DNA of 64,000 nucleotides, taken from Stegostoma tigrinum (Eukaryota). Position numbers and translations under genes: made by a program. Positions 1-11,535 of the stretch are shown in pieces. The stretch is taken from the NCBI RefSeq assembly GCF_030684315.1, contig NC_081366.1, positions 44,120,078 to 44,184,077 on the forward strand, in the 5' to 3' direction. The first letter of the stretch is position 1, and every line of letters begins with the position of its first letter. The notes below the pieces were generated by a model. That model saw only the letters and a program-made list of their open reading frames with translations. It made no database searches and had not been told where the DNA came from.

Positions 1-689
1 ATCTAACAGTTCTATTTCAGGTTGCTTTACTATTTTAAAAAAATATAACTAGCCTGCAACAGATGCATCACAGAATTAGAGATTCATTACACTGCAGGAC
101 TCAGTGTATACAGTCCATTGTGTCTGCACTGACACTGTAATAAGTATATGCCATTACAAGTGAGTGGTGCATTTTTCCCCCTCATACCCTTGTACATGAT
201 GCCATTTGTTACTATAGTGTACAGTTTCCTTAAAGATTGCCCATCATATGACATTTTGGCAAAAAGAGCAAATAAAAACAAGTTTCCAGAAGGCAACTTT
301 AAACTGTAGGAAATACAAAAATTCATGTCCAGAGCAAGGCTGTCAAAGTGTGAGTTAACAGTGAAGATAAGGCTTTGAAACTCAAACCTCAAATTTTTTA
401 AAAGGCATATTTTTCTTTTTCCACCCCCCCTCGTCTCTTTTCTCTGAAAGGTTCCAGCTATGACCAAAAAATTGCTGAGCGCTAAAATATAGGTCATTCT
501 TACTGCCAGCATATACCGAATGAGCTGTGCATTTACAAAATTTTCCATTCTTCGGATCTTCAGCAATTTTTTAAAAATCCAGATCGAAGTATTTAGAACC
601 GATTATACAAGTCTCACTAGAGGGGTGACAGGTAGCGATAGGATGTAACAGTGAGAGAAAAGACAGGGTGCACATTTGTCTGCAGTCAG

Positions 690-2030
690 AATCAGAGTCC
701 TACAGGACAGGGGCAGGCTCTTCAACCCAAACTGGTCCATGCCAACAAAAAGTCCATCGATACTAACTCCATTTCCTTCTAAACATCTCCTATCCACGTA
801 TTCATCCAAATGCCTTTTAATTGTTGTTAATGTACCTGCCTCAACCACTTCCGCTGGCACCTTGTTCCATGTGCGTACCACCCTCTATAAAAAAGTTGCC
901 CTTCGGATTCCCCTGTATTCTTTCCCCCTTACCTTAAACTGATGCCCTCTCAACCCAGGGTTGGGGATTTGAGGAAAAGACTGAGTGCATTCACCCTATC
1001 CATGTCTCTCATGACATTATACAAGTGTATAAGATCTACTCCCCCTCTCAATCTCCGAAAGAAATAAGTCCTAGCTTGTCCAACCTCTCCCTATAACTCA
1101 GTCCCTTGGGACCTAGCAAAATCCTTGTAAATTTCTTCTACACTTTCCATTTTAAAAACTTCTTTCCCATAGCAAAATGGCCAAAACTGAACACAATACT
1201 CCAAGAGTGACTTCACCAACATGTACAATAGCAACATAACTTCCCAATTTCCATACTCAGTGCCCTGACTGAAGACCACTGTGCCAAACACCACCTTCAC
1301 TGCTCTGTCCAGCTGTGACTCCACTTTCAGAGAACCATGCACGTGAACTCCAAGATCCCTCCATTCCACTGCACCATTCACAATGAAACTCCTGCCTCGA
1401 TTTGACTTTCGAAAAAAATAAATAAAAACGCAACACCTCACACTTACACTAAACTCCATCTGCCATTTCTCAGCCCACTTCCCCAGCTGATCAAGATCCT
1501 GCTGGAACTTCTGATAACCTTCTTCACTGCCTCTTAGTGTCATTCATAAATTTACTAATCATGCCTTATGTATTCTCATCCAAATCAATGATAAAGATAA
1601 CAAGCAGCAATAAGCCCAGTACCAACCAGAGACACAGCCAGTTATGGTCCAAACATCCTTCTCCTATTAGTGACAGGAGGAACTGCAGATGCTGGAGAAT
1701 CCGAGATTACAAAGATGTAGAGCTGAATGAAGACAGAAGGCCAAGCAGCATCAGAGGAGCAGGAAAGCTGATGTTTCAGGCCTAGACACCAAAACGTCAG
1801 CTTTTCTGTTCCTCAGTCTGCTGTGTTTATCCAGCTCTACACCTTGTTATCTCTTCTACTATTAGTCTCTGGTTTCTACCAATCAAGCCAATTGTTTAAT
1901 CGAATTTGCCAACTCTCCCTGGATTCTATGCCAAATAATCTTCCAGAGCAGCCTACCATATGGAACCTTTTCTAAAATACATGTAGACTACATCTACCAC
2001 CCTCAATAACCATCCTGGCCACTTCATCCC
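690..2030 (-). mobile_element. CR1-clade LINE 3' portion (RT C-terminus plus 3' UTR), interrupted at 1672-1852
   Basis: ORFs 1091..1543(-) 'QQDLDQLGKWAEKWQMEF...RDLGVHVHGSLKV...LEYCVQFW' and 603..881(-) 'WNKVPAEVVEAGTLTTIKRHLD' are typical CR1 ORF2 C-terminal motifs, with frameshifts. Confidence 0.9.
1672..1852. mobile_element. Short palindromic Penelope-derived element with TSD
   Basis: Arms 'acaaagatgtagagctg...' and '...cagctctacaccttgt' are mutual reverse complements. Flanked by cttctcctattagt (1658-1671) and cttctactattagt (1853-1866). Confidence 0.8.
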
Positions 2031-3059
2031 GGAAGCTAGGTAGTCAAAAGCTAGTTAAGACACTTTTGACCCCAAGGAAGAATTACATGGCAGAATACAG
2101 CTGAGAGACACAGAGAAAAATCCTAGAAAAAAGGAGTACAGAAGCATACCCAGACACAGGAGACTCTAATCTCAGAAATATTAGGAGGAGAACCAAGATA
2201 AACAAATTAGGTGGATTAAAAATATTCAGAGGTGAAATTAATAAAAATGTTACATACTTTAGATAATCACAGGATAGTGTCACTGAGATTGACTGAAAAA
2301 GGAGATTAGAGCTTTTAGGGTGAAATATTTCAGAAAATTAAGAGCTAACAGAATCAAATTTCGATAACTATTGACAAATGACAAACTGAACAAAAAATTT
2401 ATTGTTACAATCAGTTGCAAAGAATGGTTGAAGCCCTCCGCAAAAGGCAGTTCCACCCCAGGAATCCTTCCAATCTTGTTCTCAAACTTTTTAAATCCTT
2501 TCCTCCCAAACTAGACAAATATCTTTACAAATATGTAGCTTAACTCCATCTTGCATTGGTTGTCCAACTGGTTGGGTAAAAACATTGACACATTTGATAC
2601 AAATTTAAATGTTGTAAGCAAAGGCATCATACTCCCAGATGTCCATAGTGGCACTACACTTTGGGCGAGTGGCAAGGTTGAGAAGGTGGAATGGGACCTT
2701 CATGGCAATTTCAGCCTGGACGGGAATGGAACCTGCACAACTGGCATCAGTTGACATTGCAAGCCAACTGCACGCCATACGTGATGGTCTGTGGAATTTA
2801 CCAAAAAAAACCAAACATATCTTTACTCAGTCATATTCTTATTCTGTTCTGTATTCAATCACAAAGTAACTCAAGAAAATGATCAAGACTTGAAAAAAAG
2901 ACATTTTAGCTATTAGCTCAATGGCCACTGTACTTTGGTGCCATGTTATTCCAAAAGCCGGGCCCAACTCAAGAAAGGAACAAAATAAAGTGACATGAAA
3001 TTTGCTTCCAGCCAGAAAGTGCAGAAATGAGATCATGAATGCTTTCTTCCCCCAGCTGA

Positions 3060-3430
3060 GAAAGTGGCAGACCTCAGGGTTGATATTATGACGATTGATG
3101 ATTTAAATGTGAATTATATGGGTATGGGGAGTATAACTACAATATTTGTAGATGGCAAGGTGTTTATGTATAGCCAATAACAGGAAGGATAGTAACGGAA
3201 TTCTGGAAATACAGACTACTGAATGGGCAGGTGCGTCACATTCAATTTAAAGCAATAGGAAGAGGAAGGGGGGGGTATTACAAATAGTACAGGAGTAAAC
3301 CGATTTGGGAGCACATATTAACAAAAATATTTGAAAGTGACACGATAAATTATAAATTAACTCTGTGCTAAAAATGTAACAAGCCTTTGGCTTAAATGAC
3401 ATTAAAGGAATACCGTAAGATGTGCCATGC
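3060..3430 (+). mobile_element. Highly degenerate CR1 LINE RT fragment
   Basis: Remnants of the F-A-D-D region ('atatttgtagatggcaag'), 'gaatgggcag' (EWA) and 'gatttgggagcacatattaac' (DLGxxI). Confidence 0.45.
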
Positions 3431-3904
3431 AGACTTCTACACCCCACCATCAAGCTAAAATGGTTTTCCAGAGTATGGAAAGTGTTCAGTGCAGTTCTTC
3501 TGTCTCCCTTCCCCACATTCTCCTCCCTCCCGCCCCGATCTTCATATCCCTCACATCCCCAACATCACTGCCAGGAGTGGGCATGTCTAATTAACAATGT
3601 TTCTTAGATTCTTAAAGCTGGGGGGACAGAGGTCTTTCAGATTGAAAGGAGTGTCAGACTTTGATAACAGTTAAGTGAGGCAAAGCAAAAGTTTTTCCGA
3701 GTTTAAATTTACAACTGCAGCCAGTCTACAGCTCAGGCTGTACATGCTGCTGCACTGAAGCAGGAAGGCCTGCTCCAAGAGTCTCTGTTGTTCCAACCAA
3801 CAAATTGGACGAGGCTCCACTGATATTCATCTCTACCCAACCCCAGAGCAGCTTGAATTCATGTGGAATCTTTGCTATAAAACACATTTAACAGCAGTTT
3901 AAAA

Positions 3905-4215
3905 GTTCTTTCATGGGATTTGCTTTGTGATGGCGAGGCCACAGTCGTTTCCCTTCCCTAATTGTCCAGGGGGCAGTCGACAGTCAATACTGCTGTAAGT
4001 CAGGAGTCACACGCAGGCTAGACCTAATATGGTTGACATCTTCTTCAAAAAGATTAGTGAAACACATTTCATTTTTAAAAGTTGTTAGTGATTACAGGAT
4101 CATTACACTAGGATACTATTCTAGATCTATTAAATTCAAATATTTTCACCACCTACCACGATGGGATTCAAACCCTGGACCACTCGTGACATCACTATGC
4201 TATCACCTGACCTTA
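3905..4215 (-). mobile_element. tRNA-derived SINE (family unassigned)
   Basis: Reverse B-box-like 'gggattcaaaccc'. Body 'ggggcagtcgacagtcaa...ggagtcacac...agacc' resembles copies at ~11.2-11.5, 21.7 and 44.5-44.8 kb. Confidence 0.55.
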
Positions 4216-4261
4216 ACTGATTAGCCAATTACTTCACGTTCAGAGTGAACCACAGGAACAA

Positions 4262-4600
4262 GGATTTATTGGTTTATGATTTGTTATCACATGTTGAGAT
4301 AAAGCAAAAAGAGAGTGTTGTTTTGTGTGCTATGCAGGCTGATCATACTACAGAAAATGCATCAGGGTAGCAGGACAGTGCGCAGAATAGTGTTACAACC
4401 AAAAAGAAGGTGCAGAGAGTTCAATGTTAACATACGAGAGGTCCATTCACAAGTCTGATAAGAGCTGAGAAGATGCTTTCTTGAATCTAATCGGACGCAT
4501 ATTCAAAATTTTATATCTTCTGTCCAAAGACAGACGGTGGGAGAACGATTATGTTGGTTGCTTTCCCTATGCAGCTGGAAGGATAGAAGGAAGTTTGCAT
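4262..4600 (-). mobile_element. Rex1/Babar-like LINE 3' end remnant
   Basis: 'gtccattcacaagtctgataagagctgagaagatgctttcttgaatct...ttttatatcttctgtcc' resembles the reverse complement of fish Rex1/Babar 3' ends. Confidence 0.55.
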
Positions 4601-4994
4601 CTACAATTGATCAAAAATCATGAACTTTCAACAAATCAACTCCATTGGCTTACCCTGGGTCCAATTTAGTCCTGGAATCTTTAATTCACTCTGGATCCAC
4701 AGAACTATAGATTTTCACTGAGAGAAGGAGCCGCTTAATTGGTGCAAAATGGCCTAGTTCCAATTTTAAGACGACCATATCTCCTTTTCAGGGTACTGAG
4801 AGATTGAAACATCACTTCTTTAGTTTTGTATTTCAAACCCCTCAAGATACAGACCAGGTTTTATTAGTCTTTTATTGTTCTTTGCATACGTGTCTCATCT
4901 TGCGCCTAATAACGTTCAAGTCCTTTTTGTTTCTCCAGAGCATCTCCATAAATCATGGAGAAAGTTTACTTCAAATGTGAGTGGCTTCACACAC

Positions 4995-4995
<1 letters not shown>

Positions 4996-5031
<36 letters not shown>
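4996..5031. repeat. Compound (CT)n(CA)n microsatellite
   Basis: Directly visible. Confidence 0.95.
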
Positions 5032-5964
5032 ATGCTCCACCTGTCAAGCTTCCACTCAATTAACCCATCTATCTTGTTCCCTTCTCTTTCATCTGTACAA
5101 CTTGATGTAATTTGTACCTTACTGCCATCTACAAAAGGGGTAGCACCCATTATTGCTTCATCCAAGCCACAAAACTATATAGTATTAAGTACAGTTCCTT
5201 TGATAACACTTCAATACATCCCAGAAAAAAAGTTAATTTATTCTAATCTTCCACTTGAACACTTTTTTCTAATTTTCTGCAGAACTACACAAATATTCTC
5301 CATCAGGAATACTGGAAATTATCTTCTGTCCAACCTAACAACAATACTATAATAGGTAGACCCAAGTTGTCAAATCCGTTCTGATCAGATGCGATTTGTT
5401 CAAATGCTGAGTCATCTATCTCTGCCGATGAATTCGAGTTAATCTCCACATTTTCACAAAATGAAACCCTCAATTCCCCCTCCTATCTCTCCTTAATTTT
5501 AAAAAAAAAGTACTTTTCATGAAGAAAAATGTCTGTTGCAAAGCCCCTAGTGTGCAGTTGGTGGGGGCGGGGGGGGGGGAGGAGGAGGAGAGAGGGGTGG
5601 GGAGAGAGGTGGGGAGGGACATTTATAAATAGCAAAACCAAATCATTAGCTGTGCACATGTTTGGGAGAATCAAGAGATTTTCCATTCTGGAAGTGCAGT
5701 TCTGAAGGCTGTGGTCAGATCACTTGCAGGGTTTATTCAAAATGAAGATTACCCAGATACCATACGGACAGACAGGCACCGGTATGTGTTTTACCTGGAA
5801 TACAAAATCCTTTACAGGCAAACTCAGGTTTTTTTTGATGGAAGCAGCTTGAAGAGATTATTTTTAAATTTCACAGTTCCTGAAAAGCAAGATGGCACGT
5901 GCTGTCCCTGCAGCTGTTGTACTGCTGGTGTTGATCTGCAGCCTGTTGGTTTACTTGTGACCTA

Positions 5965-6135
5965 ACAAGACTAATTGCTATAGAAACTCAGCTGGTCTGG
6001 CAGCATCTGCAGAGAGAAATAGAATTATATTGAGTCTTGTGACTTTTTACTACAAATGCTGCTAGACCTGCTGAATCTCTCCAATGTTATTTTGTTTGTT
6101 TCGGATCTCCTGCATCAACCGGTTTTGTTTTTAAG
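5965..6135. mobile_element. Older palindromic Penelope-derived element
   Basis: 'ctcagctggtctggcagcatctg' ... 'atgctgctagacctgctgaatct' inverted arms; same family as 32217-32462. Confidence 0.65.
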
Positions 6136-6721
6136 TTTCTTTTATGTTCGCAAGATTTTAGTGTGTGATCCAAACAACTGGAAGATAAAAAACCACTGAT
6201 ATTCAATGGAAAATAGAGCGTTTTTATATCTCTCAGACAACTGTTCCAGACAGATTTTCTTTGTTACATGGTAAACCTCGAGTCATGGATCTGGATGAGT
6301 TGAAGAAAATCCCAGCTCAGATGACCCACCAAGAGAGGGGGAAGAGAAACAAAACAGGCCATTCATTATTGGGCTAAGGTGTTAGGTACAAGTTGCATTC
6401 AGATCAGCTGATTTACAAAATCTGTTCACAGCCAGACATATGATTTGCCAGGATCAGAGGTAAGCCAATTTAAAAAAAACAGTCCTGTGGGACTTTGTCC
6501 CAGTTACAACAAATACAGGAAATTTCAACTGCCCCCACCAGTCGCTTCACTCCCACCATAACACGCTCATGCACCTTACATGCCAAGGTATCTCAGTACA
6601 CCTCATTAGTTTTATCATGAGCCAGAAGGAATGTTATAGCACTGAAAACAGCGTACAGGAGATTTACTACGATGATGCCTCGGCTGCTGAGTCATGATAA
6701 AATGAGATCGGACAGTCTGAG

Positions 6722-8062
6722 AGACAGTAGGAACCGCCGATGGATGCTGGAGAAGCTGAGATAACAAGGTGTAGAGCTGGATGAACACAGCAGGCCAAGT
6801 AGCAGAGGAGTGGGAAAGCTTATGTTTCAGGTGTTGAACCTTCTTCAGAAATGTGGGAGGGGAAGGGGATTCTGAAATAAATAGGGAGAGAGGGAGAGGC
6901 AGATAGAAGACGGATAGAGCAGAAGATAGGTGGAGGAGACAGACAGGTCTAAGGAGGTGGGAGTGGAGCCAGTAAAAGGTGAGTGTAGGTGGGGAGTTAG
7001 GGAGGGGATAGGTCAGCCCAGGGAGGTTGGACAGGTCATGGAGGCAGGATGAGGCTAGTGGGTAGGAGATGGGGGTTGGGCTTGAGGTGGGAGGAGGGAA
7101 TAGGTGGATGGACAGTTTAGCGAGGCAGGGACAAGCTTGGATTGGTTTTGGGATGCAGTCATGGGAGGGGAGATTTTGAAGCTTAGGAAGGCCACATGGG
7201 AACCCTGCAGAACAAGGGTATCAAAGCGAAATACGAGATGCTGTTCCTGCAACTTTCGGGTGGCAACATTGCGGCCATGCAGGAAGACCAGGGTGGACAT
7301 GTTGTCCAAGGTGTGGGAGGAGGAGTTGAAATGGTTCGCAACTAGGCGGTGTAATTATTTGTTGCAAACCGAGAGTAGGTGCTCCAGAAAGCAGTCCCCA
7401 AGGCTCTGCTTGTATCCGCTGTTCCCATTGTGGCCTTCTCTGCATCAGGGAAACCAGGCGGAGGCTTGGAGACCACTTTGCGGAACACATACTCCGTTTG
7501 CAACAACCAACCACACCACCCAGTCGCGAATCATTTCAACTCCTCCTCCCACTCCTTGGACAACATGTCCATCCTGGTCTTCCTGCATTGCCACAATGAT
7601 GCTAATGATGCCACCCGAAAGCGAACAGCAACCCAATATTCCGCTTGGGAACCCTTCAGCCCAAGGGTATCAATGTGGACTTCACAAGCTTCAAAAAAAA
7701 ACTCCCCTCCCCCAACTGCATCCCAAAACCATCCCAGCTCGTCCCCAGCTCCCTAAACAGTCCTTCCTCAAGCCCCACCCTCCTCTCCTACCCACTAACT
7801 TCATCCCACCTCCATGGACTGACCTAACCCCCTCCCTAACTCCTCACCTACATTCACCTTTAATGGCTCCATCCCCACCTCTGACTGGTCTGTCTCCTCT
7901 CCACCTATCCTCTCCCTGCCTCCTCTTCCCTCCCGATTAATTTCAGAATCCCCTTCCCGCCCCCAATTTCTGAAAAAGGACATCAACTTGAAACATCAGT
8001 TTTCCTGCTCCTCTGTTGCTGCTTGGCCTGCTGTGTTCATCCCACTCCACCTTGTTATCTCA
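6722..8062. mobile_element. Penelope-like element, inverted arrangement of two 3' halves with GIY-YIG endonuclease remnants
   Basis: Plus strand encodes 'RLGDHFAEH' and 'HPVANHFNSSSHSLDNMSIL...ATRK' (ORF 7379..7756). Minus strand encodes the homologous 'DNMSTLVFLH..ATRKLQEQHLVFR' (ORF 7055..7309). Termini are inverted; TSD gacagtctgag at 6711-6721 and 8063-8073. Confidence 0.88.
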
Positions 8063-8300
8063 GACAGTCTGAGGTTGTTTTCCTTGGGGATAGTGGAGAT
8101 TGAGAAGGGGCATGATTGAGACAAAATTAAAAGGGTAGAGATAGGATAGACAGGAAGAAACATTTCCCCTTGGAGTGGTCAGTGACCAGAGCACAAAGAT
8201 TTAAGGGGCAGAAGGGTTAGAGAAGCAAGATAGGAGGAAAAAAAAACAACTTTCACCCAGAGGGTGATGGGAATCTGGGACACTCTGCCTGTAAGGGTGG

Positions 8301-9060
8301 GTTGTCTAGTTTTTCCTTAAAACAAGCAAGCTCGACAATTCCAGCAAGAATGAATTTGCCCAGATGTCTTAGAATATTGCGATGGTCAAATCACTACAAA
8401 CACAAGTTGATACAAATGTAAAGCACTCAACTTTTAGGAAATATTACAACAGTCAATACTAAGCATACTATCTCTAATCCTATTTGGCCCCATTAGTTTA
8501 TAATACCTCAAGCCTTTTGTAGATTTATGCAGTTGCTCTCTCTGGGTCTGCAAAGCTGCTTTCTTTCCTCCTGTCTCTGGATGGTCAGCTGGTCTCTGGC
8601 TTTTGCCTTACTGGTTTCACATCCCCACTGCTCCCAACCAAAAGCTTTCAAAATATTCAAGAGAGTGATCTGAAGCTGAATATCATTTTTATACCGTTTT
8701 AAGATGGTTTTAAGATGGTTTTCTGAAATTTTCTATAGTCCTGGCCAATCAGTGAGACTCATTTTCATCATTTGAAGCTGTGTAAATCATCTGTACGGCA
8801 TGTTGTTTCTTTCTTTGTGTGACAGGACCATGTGCCTCTCTGTCTGGGCCCTCCTTTAGTGAATACATGGTTATCATGGACAGACGTAGCTGAGCAGTCT
8901 TCTTTTACATTTAGCATAAAATCATTAGGACCTGGCTGCTGTGTTTGCATTGTGTCTAGTCTGCAGGTTTTGTGACTTTAGAGTTTTACTTGGCCACTGT
9001 ACACTGCATGCTTTGCTGTTGGCCAAGTTAGCTGTGTTTTAGCATTCAGGAGGCTGTTAG
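8301..9060. mobile_element. Unclassified ~760-bp insertion inside a CR1 3' end (possibly solo-LTR-like)
   Basis: Interrupts collinear CR1 sequence with ggtgg on both sides. No coding similarity recognised. Confidence 0.4.
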
Positions 9061-9279
9061 AGGTGGCAGAGGCAGAAACTCGCATAACATTTTATTATTT
9101 CTGAGAAATCTCAACAGATTACGTGAACAAGAACTACTGTACAAAAGTGTGTACTATGAGCCAAATTCAAGGACATAGTTAGAGATTTACTGTTACTACA
9201 GTGCTATACAGCAATGGTTAATAAATAGCTAGAGTTGAATTATTTGAAATAAACATTGTCCAAGCTTCTTCAACTTTAG

Positions 9280-10800
9280 GCAAATTTGGGAATGTGTGCA
9301 CTTTTAAAATCTTTGATTATGGGTATAGCAGGGCTCAATTTCCACTGTGCTACCTCAGATGCATGACAAGTTCCAGATATTTGGTCATTGCCCACTAGAA
9401 GTTTCAACCTCCTTTTTGGAGTCATCTGCATGGTCCTGATATGCAATAGATATCTTCTGTTGGAAGTCCCAGGCTCTAGTTTTGTTTGTCCTAGCTTTCT
9501 TTTTTACGAGAGCATACCTCAACTATGTCCGAATTGTCCCTTCTTTGAAGGTGGCCCATTATTCAGCTAAGCTTCAACTTCAATTAATTTGGCTCTGATC
9601 TGTTGATACCTCATTAGAATTGTCTCTTTTACATCATTCTTATCCTGGTTTATTCTTTGCCAATTTCCATATTAAGTCTAAACCTTATGAAATGATGACT
9701 TCTGAACCATAAATATCCTCCCACTGAATCTGTTTACTCCACCTCATTCTCAATGATGAAGTGCCTCCTTTCCAATTGGATTAGAAACATACTGTTGCAG
9801 AAAAAGATAACACTTTCTTCAATATAATGGGGAGCTTTAACAGTATTCCTGGATTAAGACTAATTTGTCCCACCTTTGTAATTTCCTTGTAAATTTGTTC
9901 TTCATCTTATCCACTATACTACACTTAACAACAAATTAACACGACCTTTGTTTTTTAGCTGTAGTCAGATATTGCACTTGATGCCTCTAAAACAATAACT
10001 TATTGAGGAAGATACCTCTTTCCCTTTTCTTTGACTTCTTCCCTGAAGCCTTATATCATTGAATGTTTAATTTCAAACCCTGCCCTTCCTCTGGTTATAG
10101 CAGGTACATCCTATTTTTGCTTTATCGTCACTCAGTAACTCAATCTTAAGCACATTGCATGCACAGTAATCCCAATTTAGATTTTACTTTCTCACTTACA
10201 CTGGTCCCAAGTAACAGCTCTAGTGTTGAGTGCACATCGATTAAATGCTGTCTTCTCATTCTGACATGCTTACCAGCTAAGATAAACCTGCCCAAAAGCA
10301 TTAGCAAAATACTTGCGAGGAATTCATCCTGGATGTTTAGGTGCAACACATCCAGTTCTACAGATTCCATCACCACAAGACATGGCCCTAGAGTTGAAAA
10401 AACCTAAAGTTCTCCCTCTTGAACCATCTTTCTAGCCATGTATTCATCTGATCTATCCTCAATTCTACACGTTCTCATATGTGACTGAAGAATCTGATCA
10501 TTTTGATGTACTATTTACTAATTTCTTACCTAGCTACTTAAATTCTGACCGCTGGACCACATCCCTCTTTCTACCACAGATGTTGGTATCAATGTGGGCC
10601 ATGATGGCTCTTCACCATCCCCCATCAGGGTGCTCAGCAGCCACTGCAACATTCTTGACACTGACCACAGGGACAGGACAACACTGTCCTGAATGGACAT
10701 CCATGTGTGGGGAAATGCCTGTCCATTCCCATACTTAAACTCATCACTATTGCTTTTCAAAAATCTTTGGACCCACTTAAAAAGTTTTACAAACTGCAGA
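9280..10800 (-). mobile_element. Old CR1 LINE, ORF1 esterase-like to ORF2 endonuclease region
   Basis: Reverse complement near 10.59 kb reads MAHIDTNI (cf. CR1 ORF1 'VHIGTNDI'). Downstream sequence resembles degenerate CR1 endonuclease. Confidence 0.6.
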
Positions 10801-10814
10801 GCCAATATCAAATC

Positions 10815-10945
10815 GGAAGAGAGCAAGAACTGCAGACGCTGGAGTCAGAGACAACACAGCATGGAGCTGGAGCAACACAGCAGGCCAGGCAACATCAGGG
10901 GAGTAGGAGAGTTAATGTTTTGAGTCAGGACCCCTCCTCAGGTCC
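10815..10945 (-). mobile_element. Penelope-derived terminal fragment
   Basis: 'gaactgcagacgctggagtcagagacaacacagcatggagctggagcaacacagcaggccaggcaacatc' matches the arms of the 1672 and 18514 elements. Confidence 0.7.
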
Positions 10946-11199
10946 CTCAACTGCACAGTAACTGGCTCCTAATTTGGAATACTCCAAGTAGAATAACTCT
11001 TCAAAACATTCCCACTCCTGGGCTTCAACATTCCTATCCTTCAAATTGAACCTCATCTTGTCAGTGTTGCTTTACAGCTCTGCTCCTGGTTTATTTCCCC
11101 TCATACCTTGCTGCTCCAGACTGAAACAAAACTGAAATAATTAGAGTTTCTGCTATTTGTGGCAGCAAACAGGCTGGTGAAAAGGGTCTGTAGTGGGGA

Positions 11200-11535
11200 A
11201 GACAGTTAATGGCATGGTAGTCATTTCAACAAGGACTCATTAGGCAGTTTAGATTTCACCATGGAATTTAAATTCTATCAATACATTTGGGATATGAAGT
11301 TAGCCTCAGTAGCGGTGACCATGGCAATTGGCGATCACTGTAAAAACCCAGTTTTACTATTGTCTTCTATGGAAGCAACTACCATTTTTATTAGTACTTT
11401 GTGTAACTCCAGCTCCACAACATGTTAAACCTTTTGCTGCCCTCACAATGAACCTAACAAGTCACTCAGTTCAGGATAATTAGGGATGACAACAAGTGCT
11501 GGCCTTGCTAGTAACAGCCACATTTGGGGAAGAGC
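11200..11535 (+). mobile_element. tRNA-derived SINE (same family as 3905-4215)
   Basis: 'gtaaaaacccag...tgtcttctatggaag...actccagctccacaacatg...tagggatgacaacaagtgctggccttgctagtaacagccacat'. Confidence 0.6.

Larger units (their letters stand above)
6590..9100 (+). mobile_element. CR1 3' end fragmented by two later insertions (6722-8062 and ~8301-9060)
   Basis: Collinear CR1 pieces: 'gtacaggagatttactacgatgatgcct' (~6.65 kb), 'gttgttttccttgg...ttcacccagagggtgatgggaatctgg' (8063-8300), 'ggtggcagaggcagaaactc' (~9.06 kb). Confidence 0.7.

Noticed and set aside
87-566. 159-aa minus-strand ORF
   Set aside because: Non-ATG start, no recognisable domain or exon boundaries; consistent with a chance ORF.
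5752-5794. Possible exon 2 on the minus strand after ttgtattccag
   Set aside because: Weak donor, in-frame stop shortly after, and the peptide is not recognisable.
7104-7940. 278-aa ORF, the longest in the window
   Set aside because: Runs across the inverted junction of a Penelope element in non-coding frames; not a gene.
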